This document shows positions 57,396-64,000 of a DNA stretch of 64,000 nucleotides, in pieces. This DNA comes from Parcubacteria group bacterium (GTDB lineage Bacteria > Patescibacteriota > Patescibacteriia > UBA9934 > GWF2-40-263): contig JABMNZ010000025.1 of assembly GCA_013204395.1 (NCBI GenBank), forward strand, positions 9,007 through 73,006, given 5' to 3'. Under the pieces are notes generated by a model that made no database searches, was not told the origin of the DNA, and saw nothing but the letters and a program-made list of their open reading frames with translations. Position numbers and translations under genes: made by a program. Every line of letters starts with the position of its first letter. Position 1 is the first letter of the stretch.

Positions 57396-58220
57396 TCAGA
57401 GTTCCGGGTAGCGGTCCTCGATCCGGCGCACTAGTCGTTCGAACTCGGGCAGTCGGTGGTTGTCTGGTCTCCAGGCGATGGAGTCCATCAGGTTGATCTC
57501 CTCTACGATCCTTGCGCCATCTTGCGGAACGCCATCGACGAAGTCGCGACCCATGAGCCATACCGTGTCTGCGATGCGCAGAGCAGACCGGATGTCATGG
57601 GAGATCACAACGATGGTTCGGTGCTCGTCCATGTTGGTCGTTTCGACGAGAAGGTCACACACAGCCGTCTTAGCCAGGGTGTCGAGCCCGGAGAACGGTT
57701 CGTCCATCATGATCAGCTTGTCACCGTTGATGACCTGCTGAGCGATCGCCAGTCTTTGACGTTGGCCACCAGAGAGCTGAATGGGGTACTTGTCGATCTC
57801 TCGGGCGATTCCGAACCGCTCGAGGAGCTCCATGATTCGACTCTTGTAGTCGGTGGCAGAGATCTCGGGATTGTTCCGTGCCGATACCAACATGTTGCCC
57901 ATCACCGTGCGGTGAACGAGCAGCATGTAGTTCTGGTACACCACCCCCACTGATCCTGCGACCACTGGGACAAGCGGTGAGCCAGCCCTCACGATGCCCT
58001 CATTGGGCCTTTCCAGTCCGGCAAGGGCCCTGAACAACGTGGTCTTTCCACAACCCGATGGGCCGAGAATTGCCACGATCTGTCCTTGGGTCATGCCAGG
58101 TCGGATCACGTCATGAACTTGTACGGACAAACCCTTGAGGATGGTTCTGTCTCCGAAGGACTTGGTCACACCAACGGCTTCCAACAGCAGGTCGCCCCTT
58201 GAGTGTTCGTAGTCTCCCAT
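57396..58220 (-). CDS. ABC transporter ATP-binding protein (SsuB/TauB-like)
   Basis: GPSGCGKTT, LSGGQRQR, MDEPFSGLD, ISHD. Confidence 0.92.
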   Translation of the reverse strand: MGDYEHSRGDLLLEAVGVTKSFGDRTILKGLSVQVHDVIRPGMTQGQIVAILGPSGCGKTTLFRALAGLERPNEGIVRAGSPLVPVVAGSVGVVYQNYMLLVHRTVMGNMLVSARNNPEISATDYKSRIMELLERFGIAREIDKYPIQLSGGQRQRLAIAQQVINGDKLIMMDEPFSGLDTLAKTAVCDLLVETTNMDEHRTIVVISHDIRSALRIADTVWLMGRDFVDGVPQDGARIVEEINLMDSIAWRPDNHRLPEFERLVRRIEDRYPEL

Positions 58221-58221
58221 C

Positions 58222-58998
58222 TCAGTGTCCTCCTAGTGCGGTGTGCGGAGCGCAGACGCGCTTGGCCAGGCCCAACAGGTAGTCGATGCCGATGCCCATG
58301 ACAAGCACAAGCAGCATGATGGCCGTCTGGACGCCAGGGTCGGTGTACTTCTTGGCGTCGTACATGATGACTCCCAGGCCTCCTGAGCGTGAGATGACCT
58401 CCACACCAGCGAGCATGGCAAAGCCGATGGCGTTGTTCTGCCGCATGGCCTCCAGCGCATCTGCGAAGGTGCCAAAGACGACAATCTCTTTGACGATCTC
58501 CCACTCGCTCATCCTGAGCGTGCGGGCGTAGTCATATTTGCTCTGGGGAATCGCCATGACCACGGCAACCATGGAGGTCGTGAAGAAGACCGTGATGGCG
58601 AAGGTGAGCAGGGAGAGCTTTACACCGTCTCCGCTCACGAACATCTGCCTGGCGATGAACGAAAGTCCAGCGATCGACAGAAAGCGCATCAGGGTGACCC
58701 CCCTGACCAATGGCTGAACAAAGCCGAGGCTCCGTGCGTAGCTCAGGAGCAGGGAGATCACCGTTGCCAGGCCTAGGGCCATGGTGGTCAGCTTCAAGCT
58801 TTCCATGATGTCCAGGTAGAAGCTCTGTTTGCCCATAAGCCCCATGAGGGCGGAGAGCGTGTCAGAGACACCCGGAACGGTTGGGGAGCGCCACAGCTCC
58901 CACGTCAGGATGAAGACGGCGATCCAGATGATGGACCACAGCCAGAAACCAGCGGGAGACAAGGGTTGGTTTGGTGTAAACCATGCCTTGGGGTTCAT
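58222..58998 (-). CDS. ABC transporter permease (SsuC/TauC-like)
   Basis: Six TM segments, EAA-like loop YDYARTLRMS, GGLG motif; SD AAGGAGG. Confidence 0.85.
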   Translation of the reverse strand: MNPKAWFTPNQPLSPAGFWLWSIIWIAVFILTWELWRSPTVPGVSDTLSALMGLMGKQSFYLDIMESLKLTTMALGLATVISLLLSYARSLGFVQPLVRGVTLMRFLSIAGLSFIARQMFVSGDGVKLSLLTFAITVFFTTSMVAVVMAIPQSKYDYARTLRMSEWEIVKEIVVFGTFADALEAMRQNNAIGFAMLAGVEVISRSGGLGVIMYDAKKYTDPGVQTAIMLLVLVMGIGIDYLLGLAKRVCAPHTALGGH

Positions 58999-59146
58999 TG
59001 CGCGCCCTCCTTAGACTGACTACATTTTGTCGTCAGCTTGAAATCATTGACTTGAGCAGCCGGGAAATACCAGCCGCTTAAGAAAATGCCCGACATCCAC
59101 ATCTGCAAGAGATGCTTAGTCGGGCAGCGTTGTCGTGCTCTACGTC

Positions 59147-60964
59147 CTAGAGCGTGATCACCCTCACTTCCACGCGACGGTTGGTCGCGCGACCCTGGGG
59201 AGTCCCGTTGGACTCCAGGGGGTTGTCCTCCCCGTGGGGGTGGACCGTGATCCGGTCCTTGGGGAAGGTCGCCGGGGCGATCTCCTGCAGGTAGACCTTG
59301 ACCGCGAAGGCGCGATCTTCGGACAGGACCAAGTTGGTCTCAGCTTCTCCCTGGCTGTCGGTGTAGCCGTGGATCTCTACCCGTGTGCTCTCGGCCATGA
59401 CCAGCAGGGTTGCCAGCTCGTCCAGGTCGCCGGCGGCGCTGGTGTTGAACTGTGCCGAACCGCTCTTGAAGCTGATCTGCCAGCTCCGCGATCCGATCAC
59501 CTGACCGGGGGCGCTGGAGGCCTTGGCGAAGTCCGGAGCGGCGATGCCACCACCCTCGACGCCTTCCAACTTGGAGGCGGCCAGGAGGTACTCACCGTTG
59601 AACACGTCGTCGAACGCGGGATAGGACGAGATGTCCTCGGGCCAGAGATCGACGGCGAGGTCGCCGTAGTACTCGTAGGAGCGCTTGAAGGGGTTGCCCG
59701 CCGATGGGTCAACTCCGTAGAACTGGAGTGCCTCGTCCATGGTGAAGGCCTGGCTTCCGCCGAGTCTCACGCGAACGGTGCGGGTCTTGTCCCACTCCTC
59801 CATGCCTTAGTAGTAGGCGGCCCAGTCCTTCGCGTCCATGACGGCCGTCTGGTAGATGGCGAAGGACGCTTCGCCGCTGTGGGTGAGGGCTTCGCGGCTG
59901 GAGCGGACCTCGAGGTTGCCCTCGAAACCACCTGCCAGCCAGTTCACCACCTCGCCCTTGTGGGCCTGGTTCCACTTGCGGATGCCGAAGATCGCGTTGG
60001 GCATCTGCCCACTGTTCTCTTTGGTGGAGAAGATCTTCGCCAGGCCACCCTTGAGACGGGTGACGTTCACGTCGCCGGGGGTCCATGTGCAGGTGCCTGC
60101 GATGCAAACATTCTGCGTGCGACCGGTGAGCTTGCCACCCTTGACCTCCTTGAGGTCGTCGCACTGGTCCTCGATGTAGGCCTTGTCGCCCTCGTCGAAG
60201 CTGCCGGTGTACAGGAAGTTCAGCGCGTCGGGATCCCAGGTGTTCCCGTTGGGATTCACTGGGATGTTGTTGAGTGCTGCCCAAGTGAGGGCCACGTTGA
60301 TGTCGCCGTCACCCTGCACCCCCGCGAAGCGCTTGCCTCGGCAGAAGTCCGGGTTGTTCACGCACTCGGGTGGACCCATGAAGGTGTCCTCGCCCAGCGA
60401 CCGTCCGAAACCGCCGATGATCTCGGCGCGATACTCCGGTCCCAGCTTGGCGAGCTCACGGTTGAGTCCGTCGACGTACCAGGCCGCCGCATCGCCCATC
60501 ATGGCGGTGTGCGTGTAGCCGGCCGTGCAGTTGTCCGAGTTTGTGCGCTGCATCTGCGTGGCACAGGCGATGAGACCGTCCTTCTGGTCTCCGTACATGT
60601 CCTGGCCTTCGATGCGGAGGTTGACCCCCCACTTCTCCATGATGGAGCCCTGCAAGGTGCGGGGTCCACCGTTGGCGTGGTTCACGCCGGCCATGGAGTT
60701 CCAGGGGATGACGCCCCAGTAGATCTCGGTCGAGGTCATGGCCGCCGGGCTGTTCCCGGGGATGGTCACTCCCTCGCTGCTCGCGCTGACGCGCTGGTTC
60801 TGGAAGCTGTTGTCCAGCTCGACGTTGCCGTCGATGGTCACCGACTCGGTGCTCTCGGGTGCGGCCATGCGGTAGAGGGTGAGTCCACCAGCGAACATTG
60901 CCGCCAGAACAGCCACTACGGCGAACAGTCCACCGACCGCGCCCTTGTTTACGGATGTGCCCAT
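59147..60964 (-). pseudogene. Membrane-anchored substrate-binding protein (NMT1/SsuA-like) fused to an OmpA C-terminal domain, interrupted by an in-frame TAA at 59807-59809
   Basis: Both ORF halves are in the same frame: ...TAC TAC TAA GGC ATG...; OmpA motifs ISFKSGSA, IHGYTDSQG..N..LSEDRA, NRRVEV. Confidence 0.7.
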
Positions 60965-60994
60965 GTAACTATCTCCTCGAATGCCCAGAACTTG

Positions 60995-62125
60995 CTAGGA
61001 CTTGTTGGTTCTTCTTGCGGCGAGTTCCCTGCGGATTCTCGCCCGGCGATCTTCATCCGATTCCCCGGATGTGGTGGGAGCAGATTCTGGCTCTGCTACG
61101 GAAAGCGCTCTAGCTCTCCTGCCAAGTCTGCTTGTCGCAGACGATGGGTGTTCACTGGGAAGCTCCATGGCTGCCAGTTCACGTGTTGCCCCGCTCCATT
61201 GCCGAAGCACTTGCTGGCTTCCAGCAACGTTTGCGATGTTCACACGAGCCAGAACGTCATGTCCTTCTGCAAGGCGAATCTCGATATCAGCGGCACGCAT
61301 CTCTGCGGCAGCTCGGAGTTCTGCGACGGCTTGTCGGACAGAAAGTTCTTGCTCGGAACGTTCTCCCAGCTCACCAAGGTGGCTGCCTAGTGCATCCTGC
61401 CTCAGGTCCGCGCTGCGGAGCTGTGCTTCCTGCAAGGAAAGCTCTTCTTTGATCCGCATGATGTCCAGCTCCAGCTGGTTGCTCATCGTTTGGAGCGAAT
61501 CTCTGAACTGCTTGATGCCGGCGGTGAGTTGGCCGAATTTTGCGGCTGTTTGTTCTTTGAGGCCAGCCTTCTGAATGAGGACTTCAGCTCGACGTCTGTC
61601 ACCAGAGTCATCCAGATCCAGGGCTTCAGCCTTGAAGGCTTCAGCCTCACGGCTGCTCGAGTCTTCTTCTCGCTGACAGTCAGCGATGAATCGATCGATT
61701 CCAACCTGAGCCAGGAGCATGCGCTGGTGCTGCTTTTCAAGCCGGTCGATGACGTCACGTGTCTTTTCAACCGGATCTTCTTGCTCCGCTTCTTCATGTT
61801 CCCAATCATCTTCGGAGACATCCTCGTCTTCGATCAGGAACGTTCGGTAGGCCTTGGTGAACAAGGCTAGATACGAGGTGTAGGCAAGTCCTGCCAGGCC
61901 ACGCGCAGTCCTGTTCATTGCGGCCAAACCTGCCAGCAAGCCTCCACCCAAGATGGCACCCGCTACGATGAGCGGACCAGCAGGGGTGAAGGCAGCAGCG
62001 GCAAGCAAGGGCAGAAGGAGCCAGGCCAGCATTACGAGCACAGGAGCAAGAAGAACGGCACCAGTCATCTTGGCCGCCTTCAACTCCTTGGGAGTCATCC
62101 GTAGGCGGTCGATGAGGTCGTTCAT
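60995..62125 (-). CDS. Two-TM plus long coiled-coil protein, PspA/IM30-like
   Basis: N-terminal TM segments; EDPVEK followed by a long helical hairpin (GDRRRAEVLIQKA); SD GAGGAG. Confidence 0.65.
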   Translation of the reverse strand: MNDLIDRLRMTPKELKAAKMTGAVLLAPVLVMLAWLLLPLLAAAAFTPAGPLIVAGAILGGGLLAGLAAMNRTARGLAGLAYTSYLALFTKAYRTFLIEDEDVSEDDWEHEEAEQEDPVEKTRDVIDRLEKQHQRMLLAQVGIDRFIADCQREEDSSSREAEAFKAEALDLDDSGDRRRAEVLIQKAGLKEQTAAKFGQLTAGIKQFRDSLQTMSNQLELDIMRIKEELSLQEAQLRSADLRQDALGSHLGELGERSEQELSVRQAVAELRAAAEMRAADIEIRLAEGHDVLARVNIANVAGSQQVLRQWSGATRELAAMELPSEHPSSATSRLGRRARALSVAEPESAPTTSGESDEDRRARIRRELAARRTNKS

Positions 62126-62140
62126 TGGTACTTACTCCTC

Positions 62141-62854
62141 TTAGGGGTTGTTGCCCGGGGGCTCCTCGGGGGTGGCATCGGGGTGCTGACCACGGACGAA
62201 GGCATCGGCCGCCATGAGTCCAGCATCGCGCTGTGCGATGTGGGCCATGGAGGCTTCCACCGCTTGTCCGATGGCGGCGCGCCGCGACTGAGCCTCGGCT
62301 TCTTCGATTTGGGCTTCACGGCGCAGCTGAGCGATCTCCATCTCCATCACCTGGGCACGCGCCCGCTTGTCGAGAACACTCGCTTCCAGCTCACCGACCT
62401 GCTCCTCGATGGCGCCGTCACGTCCCGCTTCGACTTCTTGACGGATGTCGGCGCAGGCTTGCCTGGCTTCGGCGATGTCCCAGAGCACATGTCCGGGCGT
62501 GAATCCTTGAGTGGTCTGCATGGCACCGGCCACGATCATGGCACGTTGGCCAGAGTCGGGCAGGCCCGGAGCAAACTGAGCATCGAGTTGACGCCACAGC
62601 GAGAATGCCGGAGCTGCTGCTGCAGCGATCTCGTCGTCGACGAGCCTGATGATCTCTTCGGGATCCATCTGCACGATCTCCGCACCCAAGGGGGCAGGGG
62701 TCGTGACTGGCGGCATGGTCGGCGGGGCCAACTCGGCTTCGAGCTGATTCATGGCCGCGGCCAAGTCTTCTGCTGAGAGCTCGGGGGTGTCGCCACCTCC
62801 TTTGGTCTCAACCAACAGTCCGGTTTTCAAACCGAGGGTCTTGAAAAAGCTCAT
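62141..62854 (-). CDS. Helical hypothetical protein, first gene of the operon
   Basis: GGAGGAG SD; MSFFKTLG amphipathic start; Pro-rich linker; coiled coil. Confidence 0.75.
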   Translation of the reverse strand: MSFFKTLGLKTGLLVETKGGGDTPELSAEDLAAAMNQLEAELAPPTMPPVTTPAPLGAEIVQMDPEEIIRLVDDEIAAAAAPAFSLWRQLDAQFAPGLPDSGQRAMIVAGAMQTTQGFTPGHVLWDIAEARQACADIRQEVEAGRDGAIEEQVGELEASVLDKRARAQVMEMEIAQLRREAQIEEAEAQSRRAAIGQAVEASMAHIAQRDAGLMAADAFVRGQHPDATPEEPPGNNP

Positions 62855-62920
62855 ATCTCCTCCATGGTCCGGTTAGGACCAGTTCAGTGTTGTGATTCAT
62901 GGTTTTGTGAAGGTGTTCAG

Positions 62921-62968
62921 TTGTGAAGAACGACGGGGATTTTTACGTTAAAATGCTGAAAATGTCAA
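62921..62968 (-). promoter_or_regulatory. Operon promoter with boxA-like element
   Basis: TTGACA-17-TAAAAA, then TCGTTCTTCACAA. Confidence 0.5.
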
Positions 62969-63031
62969 CGGGTATAAAGGTGTGGATGAATCATTCGCTG
63001 TAAGGCCGTAGATTTAGTACCCTTTTATCGT

Positions 63032-63556
63032 ATGTTTACGAAAATATTGCTTTTTTTCGGTCTTATCCTTCTGGCATCAGTTGCTTATGCTGGTCATAAA
63101 GGGGCTCCTTGGGTTCCTACTTGGAAAAAGGACATGAAGAGGATTCGTGATTTGTTAAATCTGCAGGCAGGGGAGAGATGTGTAGAGCTTGGCTGTGGCA
63201 ATGGACGGATTTCTCGTGATCTTGCCAAGACAACAGATGCAAAAGAAATTGTCGGTTTTGAACTTAGCTTGCTACAATGGATGGTAGCGAAGTTGCAGAG
63301 TCGTCTGGACGGCTCATTTACAAAGACATCATTTGTTTTGGGTAACGCATTTAAGCATGACCTGTCTGGCTATGATGCGGTGTACATGTTTCTGATGCCA
63401 GAGACCTATAATAAAATCCAGCACAAACTTGAGAGTGAACTGAAGCCTGGCGCACGCGTTGTGACTTATGTCTGGCCTATAGCAGGTTGGATGCCAACAA
63501 AAATAGACAGGCAAGAAGGTTCCGTAGATATTTATCTTTATAAGCGTCCTTTATGA
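63032..63556 (+). CDS. SAM-dependent methyltransferase with N-terminal TM segment
   Basis: GAPWVPT, ELGCGNG, ELKPGARVV; similar to 47603..48145. Confidence 0.85.
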   Translation: MFTKILLFFGLILLASVAYAGHKGAPWVPTWKKDMKRIRDLLNLQAGERCVELGCGNGRISRDLAKTTDAKEIVGFELSLLQWMVAKLQSRLDGSFTKTSFVLGNAFKHDLSGYDAVYMFLMPETYNKIQHKLESELKPGARVVTYVWPIAGWMPTKIDRQEGSVDIYLYKRPL

Positions 63557-64000
63557 GTGTTCAAGATCAAAATGCCTGGGAGCGTGAGCAGGTTGTGGTG
63601 CAAGCGGCTAGAGAAGCAACGCCAGAAAAGTTTGTCGGGTCTGAAAAAGAACCAAACGCTTTGTTTAAATCCATTGGGATCATGAACACGCCAGAGCGTC
63701 TGCCCGTTGGATACTTCAAGTATCGCCCTGAAGATTTTATTGTTGAGGAAGAGCGTCCAGATGACACGGTCATTACCGTCGATGGTAAACCAGCTGCACC
63801 AGAGTTTGAGGGCGGAGAGGGAACAGTTTACTTTGACATGACCAAGGTTGGGATTTCAACCATCGATGCAGAGAACAGAATCTCCGAGATCACGGGCTAT
63901 CCAAATAAAGATATCGGCTACGCTGGGATCAAAGATGCGGTCGCCCTTACGTCCCAAAGAATGTCAGTGAGAGGCGGAATATTAAATGAAATTTTAATGT
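63553..64000 (+). CDS. truD: tRNA pseudouridine(13) synthase, partial (truncated by window; absent from the ORF track)
   Basis: ATG 63553; FKYRPEDFIVEE and IGYAGIKDAVALTSQ TruD motifs. Confidence 0.88.
   Translation, partial: MSVQDQNAWEREQVVVQAAREATPEKFVGSEKEPNALFKSIGIMNTPERLPVGYFKYRPEDFIVEEERPDDTVITVDGKPAAPEFEGGEGTVYFDMTKVGISTIDAENRISEITGYPNKDIGYAGIKDAVALTSQRMSVRGGILNEILM

Noticed and set aside
59135-61390. 751-aa plus-strand ORF
   Set aside because: Antisense shadow of GC-rich minus-strand genes that carry clear OmpA/SBP motifs and SDs; it has no motifs of its own
1-64000. Alternative genetic code (UGA=Gly) and tRNA/rRNA genes
   Set aside because: Conserved genes are full length under code 11 and several end in TGA; no cloverleaf or rRNA-like sequence was recognised in the intergenic regions

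Overview
Gene-dense 64 kb chromosomal segment from a Patescibacteria/CPR-type bacterium (inferred; ABY1/Uhrbacteria-like gene content; standard code, TGA used as stop). From left to right it holds: an ECF sigma/DUF5667 pair; a 1243-aa S-layer-like surface protein with highly structured UTRs; secreted BNR and S8+FG-GAP proteins; a large glycosylation/dTDP-rhamnose region; housekeeping genes (ctpA, HU, hflX, rpmB, LOG, flavoprotein disulfide reductase); class II RNR nrdJ with NrdR and DnaA boxes; a NUDIX-CobO fusion; a GNAT behind a classical Arg-rich leader-peptide attenuator; a GC-rich PspA-like/SBP-OmpA/ABC operon whose SBP-OmpA gene is split by one in-frame TAA; and partial truD. Two expression grammars coexist. 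Many core genes have an extended -10 box 8-10 nt before the ATG and no SD (leaderless). Scattered GC-rich islet genes have TTGACA-17bp promoters, SD sequences and their own terminators. Several small palindromic repeat families are present, including 34-36 nt palindromes flanking a PaaX/Cas2-like gene and twin NUDIX cassettes with near-identical leaders and terminators. No rRNA, tRNA, CRISPR array or transposase was seen. The ORF track gives the wrong strand for 33960..35282, which is on the minus strand. All family calls are by eye from motifs; no searches were run.
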